64,000 bases of DNA from Octopus sinensis (GCF_006345805.1 NC_043001.1:78058001-78122000), one strand, 5' to 3'; numbered from the stretch's first letter, positions 24,050 through 37,255 are shown. Numbers and translations are program-made. Notes: generated by a model not told the origin, from the sequence alone.

Positions 24050-24335
24050 AGTTCAGTATATATAGTATATAAGTAAAAGGGCAGGCAACAGGTTGCTTTG
24101 TCGCATACCGAAAGAATTAGAAATAGCAGTCAGAGACTGTTTATTTCTATTTTCTACAAGTCGGGGCTCCATATACGACATAACCCTGCAATTCAAATAT
24201 GCAAAATAGGAGGAGTAAATAAACGAAAACAATGCCTTACCGTTAATGGCGAACATGTTTCTAGATCGGAGACGAGAAATAGCCTCATGTCTTTCTTCAG
24301 CACGATCTTCGTTAGATTTATCAAATACCACCAGC
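24050..24335 (-). mobile_element. HHR-bearing PLE-terminal repeat (family of 17480-17760 and 36480-36760)
   Basis: HHR followed ~130 nt later by the shared terminal motif gactgctatttctaa..ttcggtatgcg.caaag, set in (TA)n. Confidence 0.7.
24249..24303 (-). ncRNA. Type-I hammerhead ribozyme motif
   Basis: GTG-CTGAAGA-A-AGA...TCT-A-GAA-ACATGT-T^CGC, with palindromic helix III ACATGT. Confidence 0.62.
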
Positions 24336-24358
24336 GTGCCCTTTTACTTATATATATA

Positions 24359-24389
<31 letters not shown>

Positions 24390-24396
24390 ATATAAT

Positions 24397-24462
<66 letters not shown>

Positions 24463-24585
24463 CATATATATATATATATTATATATATATATATATATAA
24501 TATATATATAATATATATATAATAGAAATATTAAAATTACTAAGTCTCTCTAAAAGAGAACAGCGGCAGCGTTCCCGGAAAATAA

Positions 24586-24860
24586 TAGTTATCGCCATAC
24601 TAATATGGCATTCTTATAAAAATAAGAATAAAGCTGTCCGCTTATTAGCTCCATGAGGCCATCGCCTTAAGTTAGCTATTTGATACACAAACTGTATCCA
24701 TATAACCTTCGAACAAGGGAGGTCAGTCGCTCCACACTACTTGACCGGCAGCTACAGACGCGTTTCGGGGTATTGCCCCTTTTCAATGCAGCTAATAAGC
24801 TAATAAGTGGACAGCTTTATTCTTATTTTTATAAGAATGCCATATTAGTATGGCGATAAC

Positions 24861-24863
<3 letters not shown>
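24586..24863. mobile_element. ~280-bp unit with ~65-bp terminal inverted repeats enclosing an HHR motif
   Basis: atagttatcgccatactaatatggcattcttataaaaataagaataaagctgtccgcttattagc occurs at 24586 and its near-perfect reverse complement ends at ~24863. Confidence 0.8.
24751..24792 (-). ncRNA. Type-I hammerhead motif with a mutated core
   Basis: GCTGCA-TTGAAAA-GGGG-CAATA-CCCC-GAA-ACGCGT-C^TGTAGC; all stems are intact but the core differs from CTGAAGA at two positions. Confidence 0.6.
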
Positions 24864-24915
<52 letters not shown>

Positions 24916-24954
24916 TCCTCTGTCTTCCCTTCTCTGGATCTTTCCATCTCCTAT

Positions 24955-24989
24955 GTTTCCGACGAAGAGCTGCGCTCGAAACGTTAAAC
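24955..24989 (+). ncRNA. Minimal type-I hammerhead motif (U4C core change)
   Basis: GTTT-CCGACGA-A-GAGC-TGC-GCTC-GAAAC-GTT^AAAC; same family as 14662-14698. Confidence 0.6.
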
Positions 24990-25085
24990 CCTCCTTCTTT
25001 CCTTCTTTCCTGAGCGTCCAATAATACTATATTTGTTCCACGTTCTCGCGTTGTTGTGTTTTTTGTGCTTTCTTGATTGGATTAA

Positions 25086-25120
<35 letters not shown>

Positions 25121-25125
25121 TGTGT

Positions 25126-25185
<60 letters not shown>

Positions 25186-26188
25186 CAAAACCAGGCTACA
25201 TACGCTTGGTTCCTAGTTAGCACATACTCTGATGTAATAATTACTCAACACGAGGTACTAAACTAGCTTCCCACGATTAGACTCTTGAATCGTATAATTA
25301 CGCGCACGCACGCGCGCACACACACACACATATACATGTAACCACCATTACATATAGCATTAGTAGCAGAAGTACTACCACCACCACCAGTACCACAACT
25401 ATTAGCGAAAAGTAAACATGACTAACGTGACTATCACACAACGGCTACCGCCACGACAACAATAACTACAGCTGCATAAACCCTTTAGTATCATAATTGG
25501 GTTCTTTCTTGTTAGTTTAGTTGTTCGTATATGTACATCGCTGTTCAAAACTTCTTTTTATTATTTGACATCAGAGTTTTCGCATTAGAAGGAAACAGAG
25601 GCTGAGAGTAAAACATAAAGAAGATTTTAAAGAGAAAAGACAGAGAGGATATGCAAGCTGAGAGAAAGAGACAAAGATGGAATCTGGATGAAGTGATATA
25701 TTAAGATAGAATCTGTAGAGAGATAGCGATATATCAAGTGAGAGTTAAATATAAAAAGACAGTTGCAAAAATTGATTAATATGATGGCCTGGACTATAAT
25801 TGCATACATATTTTTATATCTGTCTATAACTTTTATTTTCTTTGTTTCTGTTTCTCTCTCTTTGTTTTTCTCTCTCTCTATCTGCCTATCTCTCTCGCTC
25901 TGCCTCCATCTCTTTCTCTTCCTGTGTCGTCTCTCCCTCTCTCTACATATATGTGTGTGTGAATGGATGTAACTACAGATATATAGTTTTAAGTTTATGC
26001 ATAAATATCTATTTATATATGTATGTATGTATTATGTATGTATGTATGTATGCATGCATGCATGTATGTATGAATCTCTCTAACTATATATATGCCCGCC
26101 GTCTACCAATTTATGTGTTTGTGTATCTATACGTATGTATACACATATACACACATATATATATATATATATATACATACACACACAT

Positions 26189-26224
<36 letters not shown>

Positions 26225-26506
26225 GTATATATGTAAGCATGTATGTATGTATGTATGTATGTATGTGTTTGTTTATATATATATATCTATTTATAGATTC
26301 TACTTCTGCTTCTCCCTTGCGCAACCCACAGCTCTACTGGCGAGAAAAGGAGATGCATGCAGACCTCTAAACCTACAACTTACAGGCCTACAGACATAGA
26401 ATATAGAGTTAAGTCAACGGATAGATATATTACATAAGCACATAGACACACAAACACACACACGCATACTCACACTGGTACACTCACGTATAGACAACAC
26501 ACACAG

Positions 26507-26555
<49 letters not shown>

Positions 26556-26908
26556 CGCCATATATATATATATATATGGCGCAAAATTTGTAAATTAAAT
26601 CTTAGCCAGCGTTGCTGGCTGACCAAAATAGAACGCTATAAAATGTCCACGCACGAGGATATCTCTCCCTTCTTTACATCTTTCCATTATGAAATAATTA
26701 GCTGCCACCTTAGATCTTTCACGACCATTTAAAGTGCATTTCAGCGTGTGTGTATGGGGGAAGGCAGGGTGTATCATTGCTAGATGGCTGTTGTGGAGGA
26801 TTCGTATCGAGTGTGTGAGAGGAAAGGCGCTATGATGCATAATACATCACACACACACACACACACACCACACACACACACACACACACGTGTATATATA
26901 TATATACA

Positions 26909-26939
<31 letters not shown>

Positions 26940-26940
<1 letters not shown>

Positions 26941-27082
26941 GGGGTAAGCGTGGCTTTTGCTTCTAACTTTCAAGGTTCTGAGTTCAATCCCAGTGCGTGG
27001 CACGATGTCGAAGTGTTTTCTCCTATAGCCTCGAGTCGATCTAAGAATTCTAAGCGAATCAGGGAAACTGAAAGAAGCCCGT

Positions 27083-27154
<72 letters not shown>

Positions 27155-27775
27155 CCTACCTATCTACTTACCTATCTATCTATTTAATCTATATGGGCTA
27201 AATGTGGATTCTTAACACCTCTTTCTAGCAGGTAGGCGCCTTATCTACCCTTATGTTTGATATATATGTATATACAGGGTGCCGTAAACGTAGGTTTACG
27301 GTTATCACGAAGGCACTTAATTTTTTTTAAAAATCATTTTATTACATTTAAATTTCTATCTTAGAAACTGAAAAGGGAGCTTGACAAAATAGAATGATGA
27401 TTTCAAATTTTTTTCATAATTAAGATTTAAACTGTTAATATATGAATGCAATAGAGATAGTTGAACAATTGTAAACCTGCTTTTGGGCTAACCTGTTTGT
27501 GTGCGTGAATGTACTCACACACACACACATATATATATATATATACATACACAAACGTGTGTGTGTGTATGCCTTTTTGTGTGTTTGATCTTCCCCACTG
27601 CCTGGCAACCAGTGTTGATTCGTTTATGGTCCCGTAACATAGCGGTTTGGCAAAAGAGCTACCGATGAAAGAAGTACCAGTATACCAAAAAGAAATAAGT
27701 AAATGGTTCAACTATATATTCCAAGTGAGGGCTCCGGCATGACCGCACCCCATGCCTCAAACAAGTAAAAGATGT
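26940..27775 (+). mobile_element. SINE family B split at its internal microsatellite, with an intervening Tc1/mariner-like fragment (~27283-27430)
   Basis: 5' half ends gaaactgaaagaagcccg (~27080) and the 3' half runs ~27550-27775. A tacagggtg TIR-like start lies between them. Confidence 0.55.
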
Positions 27776-27989
27776 ATATAAACTTGTTGCCAAGCTTTTA
27801 TGTTGGGGAAAACACAAACACACAGATTCCCGTCCCCGTCATGTACACACGTATACAAATGGCGCTCTGTCGGTTTCGACGATCAATATTTCAGTTGATC
27901 CAATCAACGGAACAGTCCGCATGTGAAATTAAATGACAAGTGACTGAGCGCTCTACAGACACTCTTAAATTTAATGCTATGTGACACGG

Positions 27990-28560
27990 AATATGAGACT
28001 TTAGGATCCAAAATTCTCTTCCTATATTCTTGCTCCACATCTGTACAGTCTCAACCAGCCTCTCCTCTTCTGTCTTTGGATTTTTTTGTTTTGTTTCAGA
28101 TATTTTGAAAGCATCCATGAAGGGAAGGATGTTGAGACGAGGTCCATTCTTTCTCAGCTCATAATGCGCGTTGACATACAGAATTACAGTAAGTGGAATC
28201 AAGGTTATAACAAATTACAAAGATGAACAAGAATCTCCTTGGAAGATACCTCCTTTGATTGTTAGCTCGGTTAAGTGTTGTTTGTTACAGAAAAAGTGTG
28301 TTTATCAACTAGACACGATGACTTTGGTTGGTGCACACACATTCTCAGCTATTTCCTGAATCTACAAGCTTATAATCATTTTAAAGTCCTATCCACGCCT
28401 TGCACAAAGGTTTTTGGTATCGTTTGTACTTCTTCATTACAACCTTTTCTATAACAAGGTACCTTTCGATCCTTTCCGGCGTCCCTTTTGTAGTACAGTA
28501 AGTAGATTGTTTTTCGCAAGGATCGTATATATTTTCCTTGCGCGAATGCCGGTTGAAACT
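27990..28560 (-). mobile_element. R4/Dong-type LINE reverse transcriptase fragment, decayed
   Basis: Minus strand reads KPLCKAWIG, GGIFQGDSCSSL*FVITLIPLTVIL, LNILPFMDAFK (cf. HLLFMDDLK) and LVETVQMWSKNIGREF. Confidence 0.75.
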
Positions 28561-28577
28561 TTCCAGAAGAGTTTAAA

Positions 28578-28842
<265 letters not shown>

Positions 28843-29254
28843 GACGTCGCACACCATACAATATCCCGAGGTTATTTATTGAAGATATTGTGTCTACCAG
28901 GAGTTTGCAATGTTTGTTCAAGTCACAACAAATACAGACAGTACTTTACGCAATATGCGTGCAGTTCCAATTAATGCTGACATTTGCATCTAGATTGTAG
29001 GGTATTACTAAAGTTTTCAGAGGTTTTTTTTCATACGGGGAAGTATTGAACCCAATGCTCCGATGACAAAAGCGATAAACTTTATGTTCGACTCTCGGAG
29101 CTGCCACATCTTAGCGATCTAAATTCTCAGGTCTCCATATTTATGAATCTTTTCTCCAAGCAGTGTTATTTTCTGGTCCTTGTGCCTATAGTAGAAATAA
29201 TAATAATTATTATTATTAGTAGTATTGTTGTTGTTGTTGTTGTTGTTATTATTG

Positions 29255-29805
29255 TGTGAGAGAACAGTGCATGCCATCAAAGTGACACTGGGGTAAATAT
29301 ACGAAGCTCAGCATACCAATCATGACTACCCGTCTGATAAGGGTACACCAGGCACATGTATCACAACCATATGTACGAGACATGGTGATCTCATATCAAG
29401 ATAAACAGCACATGACCTTGCATGTGGGGCCCAGTTAGAATGTTCTTATGGTCGAGTAACCCATCCCGCTCAAAAGGTCCCTGAATAAGGGTTGTTTAAG
29501 GATGTTGAACGAAACACTCATGTTTCCAGAGGTGAAATATTCAAATCCCAAAGAATCCCTCTCAACACATGGCTAAGATGTTTCCCAACTACTTCTGCTC
29601 GTGATCAGAGATGCACATATCGTCAGCCACTAAGCGACATGGTCAACTGGTTATGGTCAAACAACTGACAAGCAAATCTGTGTTATTGAGCAGAATATTT
29701 GCTGTAGCCCATCTTTTATACCAAGACAAAACAATGTACACGATAACAATTCCCATCAGTTAATATCAGAAGCCATGAAAGCCACTGCCTGGTACTGCAT
29801 CAGGG

Positions 29806-29810
<5 letters not shown>
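29255..29810 (+). mobile_element. LINE 3'-end-like dispersed element within (ATT)n
   Basis: Starts with a short frame ERTVHAIKVTLG*, continues as ~520 bp of non-coding sequence and ends gggcATTATTATT; (ATT/GTT)n lies on the 5' side. Confidence 0.5.
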
Positions 29811-29882
<72 letters not shown>

Positions 29883-30614
29883 TATTATTATTATTATCAG
29901 GTGGTGCTATTAAGTTAGACATGGCCTGGACCAATCTTTGGTCGAAGCATATCTAAGTTTATCTAAGTTTATTATTATTATTATTATTATCATTATTATC
30001 ATCATTATTATTTTAGTATGGCATCAATTGTAGGCAGTGAACCGGCAGAGTCGTTTAAGCTTCGAATAGTTCGCTTTATTGTTTTTGTTCCCACACTGCA
30101 CTCTGAACTGTCATACGGCTGAGGCCACGTCGCCTTTCACCATTTTCGAGTGGCTAAAACATACCAGTCGAAGGTATTGAATTGACGGAATTGTAAGTTC
30201 ATGGATCGGATTCCTTGCAGCTTGTATACATTGTCTCAGAGTTTTGAGTTGAAATGCCAACACGGCCTAGTTGGGTGATAGACATAATTTTTTGCACTAT
30301 GGGTATTTCAGTGTAGCCCACACTGTCGCGCGCATTAAAGACAGGTCATCTGTTAAGGAGACATCTTTCCGTCCGTTCTGTGTAGAGTTCATGACTTTCG
30401 TGGCTCAGTAAAACAGCAAAAAGTTTAAAACATTTCCGCCATTAATTAGAACAAAATCTTCCCCTCCTCTTCCTCCTACTGCTGCCACTGCAACTGGCAC
30501 TGCTGCGACTACCGCTGCTGCTGCTGATGATGATTCTCTTACTGCTGCTGCTGCTACTACTACTACTACTACTACTACTAGTAATGTTGCTGTCGTCGCT
30601 GCTTCTGCTACTAT

Positions 30615-30648
<34 letters not shown>

Positions 30649-30673
30649 GTTACTGCTGCTGCTACTGCTGCTG

Positions 30674-30717
<44 letters not shown>

Positions 30718-31402
30718 GTTCCCGCTGTTGCTGCACGTCATTTTGGCTTGGAGAATTAGTGTAACTCTCCGATATGGTTGAGATTTATGGTTTTGGCATT
30801 CAGCTCGAATGTCTTTTAGATCGTTGTCTGTCGCCGAGGAAAAAATGCATTCAACAAAAAGCAAAATGGAAGGCGGGAAAAGGATTTTCAATGGTTTGTA
30901 ATTGTGCGTACGTGGTGGTATTGAGTACGGATGCGTTTTGGTGCGATAATCTGGAGCGTGAAACAATGACGCGGTGACGTGATGAGGAGAATCGTGTGTG
31001 TCATGGGGACTTAGGGGAGGAGTGTTGGTGAAATGCGGTGAACTACTTCGGAGGAAACAGTAGGAGCAGCTTTGTGGGGCTAAGAGTACTGTTGCGAGCT
31101 AGTCGTTGAATGGCTTTCATCTTGTTGTTGTTGTTGTTGTTGTTGTTCTTCGTCTTCTTCTTCATCTTTACTCTTCTTTTTTCTACTTCTTCATCTCCTT
31201 CGTCTCTTCCTCGTCCTGCCCTCCCCTTTCTTAATCTTCTTCATCTACTTCATGATCATCAACATCATCATCATCATCATCATCCTCATCAACAGCATCA
31301 TCATCAACAGCATCATCATCAACATCGTCACCATCATTTCATTCTGCTGCCGCTGCTTCTACTATTGCTGCAATTATCACTACTACAACTACAACGATTA
31401 GA

Positions 31403-31455
<53 letters not shown>

Positions 31456-32228
31456 CACTACCATACAAATTTGTGACATTAATATTGTTGTTCGTATTTA
31501 TCATTCTTAGTACAGTATTGGCATTATTATTCGTATTGATAATGACAGTATTAATAATAATAATTGTATTATTAGTAGCAGCCTAGTTGCTCTTCTGTTT
31601 CATCTTTGTCGATAGTTTCCTTTTTACATTTTATTTGCTTTTGTCGTTTCTTGATTTCATTTTTCCTCTTTCCATTTAAACAATTGGGGCATGTTTGATT
31701 AAATATTCCTTAAATATCTAGTCATGATTAAGCTAGAACAGACACAATTACTTTCATGTTAATCCAATATTTGCTGCTGTCGTTTTAATTCTCTAATAAA
31801 ATTCATTTGTCCTCGAAAATTCCTGAGGATTCGATGGTGATGGAGCTGCGAAGGCAGTGATAGAGATGCGACGATTTTATTGGTGAAAGATTTGCAAATA
31901 TTTTATCAAACTTGCGGAAATGATTTTGCGCTAAATTAAACGGTGCGTATTAGAGAAAGCGGACATACAAACACACAAAACATAACAATACAGTCATATA
32001 AATCAAATATCTTCAAATGCATGTACACGTACGCATACACATACACACATACAAGCATACATAGATGACAACCCATGTCCAGAAAGGGAGAGTGCGCAGT
32101 GGGTTACACACATATTAACTCCCAAATATTAACGAGCAAATATCAATAAACATCCGCTTGCATATAATCATGTATCATATATTTAAAAGTACATAATATT
32201 TTTACAAGCTGCATGTGTTATATATATT

Positions 32229-32614
32229 ATATATATAAAATCCGTTCTGTCTGTCTGTGTGTGTGTGTGTCTTCTAGGATCTCGGGCATCTTCCATCCGA
32301 TTGCGCTCAAAATTCAAATGTAGATACCGACAGTATTGGTGCGTGTATAAGTCTTGAAAAAATTACAAAACTCGATTCCAGGTGAGAATGCTATAGATAA
32401 AGCCGTGGGAACGTGCATTTGTACGCGCAAGTACATCAGCTGTTGCGATCGATACTACGCGTACGCGAAAAAATGCACGGTGTCTCACATTTAGGTTAAA
32501 TCAGTGTTTCTCAAAAGGGAGGCCTATGTGACCGTCGGCCAAGTTGTTTTGAGAAAATTTGGTTTAAATGTCTGACAACTCAGCACCGTCCATTGGACAG
32601 GGTCGTTTTGCTCG
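32229..32614 (+). mobile_element. Non-autonomous Helitron (~390 bp)
   Basis: 5' atatatataaaatccgttctgtctgtc; 3' hairpin ccgtcc-att-ggacagg followed by ...tttgCTCG|t (variant of CTAG). Confidence 0.6.
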
Positions 32615-32692
32615 TATATATATATATATATATACACACAGATATCCACTCACACACACAGACATATATATACATATAGGTATCTGCCTATC

Positions 32693-32730
<38 letters not shown>

Positions 32731-32785
32731 GATATCCACTCACACACACAGACATATATATACATATAGGTATCTGCCTATCTAA

Positions 32786-32817
<32 letters not shown>

Positions 32818-33542
32818 GCGCACGGAGAGAGACAGTAACACACGCCCACACACATAAGTACTAGAGGATATGCGCAAAAGGATTTATAAAGATGAATAAG
32901 AAGGTTCTAAGAATTCATGCAATCTATAATATTTCTATGTTTAAAAATCTGATTTGACTGATTTAACACGATACATAGAGGCATACACAAGTTCACAGCA
33001 CACAAAACACCATCAGAAATCATACAAATATACGTAGGCTGTGAAACCATACAGAGATATAAATTTCGAAAAGTGCTAGGCATTCGGTCATTATAAGGGC
33101 CGATGAAACGTGGTCCGTGAGTTTTATCCTTGTAAATCCATGTGTAATATTCTCCACAGTTCTCACACAATGGTGTATTCTGCCCCTTTGTGTTATTGTA
33201 CTACAGAATACGTAAAATATCCGCCCATTATCTTCTCTCCCGCGTATATAACTTACACTATACGATTTTAATTTGAGTCCCTCGAAAATCAATATCTAAC
33301 CCCAACTGTATTTTTATATATCCAAAGGAAAACTTTGGATAGTCTGTGTTTGATTTGATTAAAATCTGCGATTATGCAGGCAACAAAAAAACATACAGAA
33401 AAGAATTTAGTTATAACCGAGTAATTATAAAACGAATTAGTTACAAAACGATCGCATTGTTAAACATTCAGAGATTGTGTAATACTCATTTGTAAATGTC
33501 ACTCTGATAAACAACTAAGTTTAACTAGAACAATGAATTAGC

Positions 33543-36026
33543 TGTTATACACTCAAGCAGGTGGAAGAATATCTCATCATGAAAATAAGAATGTGTTTCT
33601 GTTGCCACTATGAGTTTCTGCAGAGAAGCTATATATATCAAATGTTAATGAAACACGAGTACGACGATGTAACTAAAGAATTGATAAATACTTACGACTT
33701 CAATATTGTTGTGTGGTTGGTATTGTCGGCGATAGATAAAGAATACACTGCAACAGTGTTATAATAATACAAAATAGAAACAACAGCAGTAACAAACACG
33801 CATTAAACCAACAATCTTTTACGAACCGACAATCAACAATTTCCAACATATTAACTTGAACTATAAACTGTACCTGGACTTTGAAGGCCAAACTAAAAAC
33901 TTCCTATTACGTCAGACTGTTACTATTTATATGCAGTGTTCCCGTCTATTCTCGTCAGAGGTCGAGGTACTCTCGCCACAATATCTCTCCTTTTGAGATT
34001 TCGAGTTCCGAAGAATAAAGAAATGTATTTATTATTATCATTATTTTAGTATCCTTTTCGCTTGGGTGTTATCTTAAGGGTTCGTTCTACTTCCGCTTTC
34101 TCATGCTGGTTCTACAGTACTCCATTAACTTCGGAGCTGGAACATCGAATATATAACAAAAAAAAATACTTCCATAGGAATTTCTCTCCGTTCTACAGTA
34201 TGTCTCTTCTTTAGCTGATTTGTGTGTCTCTAATGTTCTCAGCGTAGTACTTTAATTAATTAGATAAATCATACTCCCTATCTTTGTTGGCTACAAGGCC
34301 ATTCTCCCAACTTTCTTTACTATTTAAATGTGATTTCTGTACACATTTTGCCAATGAAATTCAATTCATCGCCGGTCACACCACGCGCAAGCAACTTTCA
34401 CTGTTTTACGTATCTCCGTTTCCTGATTTTTCTTAATGTATTCGCATTTATGATTAAAATATCACCACCCGTATCCAGCTGTAGTTTAATATTTACACCG
34501 TTTATTTTTACGTGTACAAATTTTCTTGTTTTTATTTCGTATTCACTTTCTGCTGAAAACACCTTAGAAGTTAGATCCTCTTAATCTTGCCCTGTAGTGT
34601 GAGCTCTTTTGATGAACTTCCTGACGACTATGGCATTTTCGGTTTTTAAACGTACACTTTTTTCTGAATTGTAGGCCTCAACATCAGTATCATGGATTGG
34701 AGCCTGGCACTCATTTTTGGTTGTACTTTCCAGATCGATACATCTGTATATTTGCGGAAACTTTCTCGTGCTTCAGGTTTGACATTCTTCTACAATGTTC
34801 TGTAAGGTTAAGTCTTAGTTCACTTGCTCCATTTTTGAGAATCTCTCTAACTTCTTGTTGTCATAAGGCCTTGTAAAAAGATGAGTGATTTAAATATATC
34901 CTGAGTGAGTTTCTGATGTTTAAAATTTCAAATCCGGCGTATATATTAAAGTTATCATCACTATTTCTTGTTAATTTCCAACACTTCATTCGAGTGTTAA
35001 ATAACGAACTTTGATAGTAATTCAACAGTTTGTTGGAAATTAATTTCACTCAACTCTTTCGGCAATATAATTTTGCAGCAGCGTTCACTCGGTCAGAGAT
35101 ACCTTACGTATTAATAGCCACACTTTCCCCTCATCCGACCATAACTTGCACTTTTCATTAAAAATTTCTTCATACCTTCTATAATACGCAAGAAACGTAA
35201 TATCCTCTTCCGGATTATAAGTAAATTGAGAAATCGAGTTCGCCACGCCGTGTGGCGTAAACGCTCTTATCGAATTTTCGGACTTCCTTGACTGTTGTTG
35301 TTGGTGTTGTAATATGTGCTTATGCAACTCATGTAGTTATTCCTGTTGTCTCTCTTGAAGCTGTATTACTGCGGCTAATAGATCTCCATGATTTAACAAT
35401 TTGTATGACACAGAAATTGTGTAATAACCTACATGAGCTTCGAAAAATTCTCATCGCCAGATGTTATACCCTTACGACTCCAATATCGCACAACAGTTGA
35501 TATTGTCGACGATACATAAAGAATACAGTAATCCCTCGACTATTGCGGGCGTTACATTCCAAAACCCACCGCGATACGTGAAAATTAGCGAACTAGAATC
35601 AGTACAGTACTGTTTTCTTTTTAAGATTTTTATAATTTGCATATATTTATTTTATTATAAATGCAAATCCAGAGGAGTCCACGTAAGTTTAAATAATAAA
35701 CCACGATAAGTGAACCGCGATAGGTGAACCGCGATAGGTGAACCGTGATAGGTAAATAGCGATAGGTGAACCGCGATATGGTGAGGAATTACTGAAAACT
35801 GTAACAGTGTTATAACAATACAAAATAGGAACAGCGACAATAACAATCACGTAACGAACCAACAATATTTTAAAAAGCAACAATCAATGTTTCCAACTCG
35901 AACTATAAGCTGTAACTCGAACTGTAAACTGTACCAAACAACAAACTGCCGACTGCATCAGACCGATACAATCTATAGGTAACCGTCCTGTTTATTCTCG
36001 TCAGATAGTGTCGTAATCTCGCCACA
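33543..36026 (-). mobile_element. Internally deleted Gypsy (Mag/K02A2.6-like) LTR retrotransposon
   Basis: 5' LTR at 36026-35462 (TGTGGCGAG...ACA); PBS-like tggcgatgag; gag FTYNPEEDITFLAYYRRYEEIF and SSLFNTRMKC; protease KLQLDTGGD; integrase C-tail RHTNQLKK; PPT aaaaggagaga. The 3' LTR starts TGTGGCGAG at 33980 and its left end is uncertain. Confidence 0.85.
35526..35794. mobile_element. Tigger/pogo-type MITE nested in the Gypsy 5' LTR
   Basis: TIRs cagtaatccctcg / gtgaggaattactg, TA at the left junction and internal ~15-bp repeats (gataggtgaaccgc); same family as 52119-52292. Confidence 0.75.
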
Positions 36027-36148
36027 AGCATATGTAAGAAAATTCCTGTTTTGCTGTTGTATTCAACCACGAAAATATACATGTATGTATGTATGTATGT
36101 ATGTATGTATGTATGTATGTATGTATGTATGTATGTATGTATGTATAT

Positions 36149-36184
<36 letters not shown>

Positions 36185-36545
36185 CTATATGGTAAAGTGA
36201 ATTTTTTTACTTTACCATATTTTAATAAATTAATACTTCAAATATACCGTAAATGGTCTTTACATACCGAATACTGCTTGGTCGAATTTATTAACAATTA
36301 ATTAATTCGACCCCTTTTTTGATAACAATATAATGCTTTCTCTCCAAGAATTTGAACTACAGTTTTTACCTCTGTAGAAATGTAATACTCTATGACTCAC
36401 GTGGGTGGACAGGGAGAATAATAGATCTCATTCGTATTTTTGGATTCGCTAGTACTGGGTGTCTGGCATGGTTTGTCCGATGTTACAGATATCGGACGGG
36501 TATGTTTGATTCTTAGTATTTTCAAATCTAAATCAGAAGAAATCT

Positions 36546-36605
36546 CTGAGCTGATGAAGGAAAAGTGGCGTTTTACCCACAAATCCAGAAACAGACTGTC
36601 CTCGG
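36546..36605 (+). ncRNA. Type-I hammerhead ribozyme motif, best formed of its family
   Basis: CTGAG-CTGATGA-A-GGA-AAA-GTGG-loop-CCAC-AAA-TCC-A-GAA-ACAG-A-CTGT-C^CTCGG, with a GUC triplet; predicted cut after 36600. Confidence 0.78.
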
Positions 36606-36805
36606 GTATCGTATATGGATGTGATCTTTCATTGTTTTTCCCTTATACCTATGTGAGTTATTTTCTGAGTATGCATTGTCTGGAGACTTTTATTTGCAGT
36701 TGAAGAAATAGCCAAATTTTTGGCTGCTATTTCTGAAAAGTTCGGTGTGTGGTAAAGTGAATTTTTTTACTTTACCATATTTTTATAAATTTTATATATA
36801 CATGC

Positions 36806-36869
<64 letters not shown>

Positions 36870-37208
36870 TATATAATTATATATATATATATTATATATA
36901 TATATTATATATATATGTGAGAGAGAGAGAGAGAGAGTTTGTGTGAGTACTTATAATATACTCCCATATAATATGTATGTATGTATGCAGGTCCATTCGT
37001 GCTTCGTATATAATTCGTAATAGATATACTGCTCAGTGCTTATGGTTGTGAAGTATGAATAATTTGCATGTGTGTGTATGTATTCTTTTCCTAAATACAT
37101 ACATAATTCCATCCACCCATCCATCCATCTATCCATCTAGATGAACTTAGATAAATGTGTGCATATATGCACACATACACACAGTTTCGTTGAAATATAC
37201 ACTTAAAC

Positions 37209-37255
<47 letters not shown>

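Noticed and set aside
23990-24050. Minus-strand ggt...acc-GAAAT stem resembling HHR stem II
   Set aside because: The core reads CCGCTAA, three changes from CTGATGA, and there is no stem I.
32907-33292. ORFs with Cys/His residues (MCENCGEYY..., RIHHCVRT...)
   Set aside because: No family motif or splice context could be recognised.
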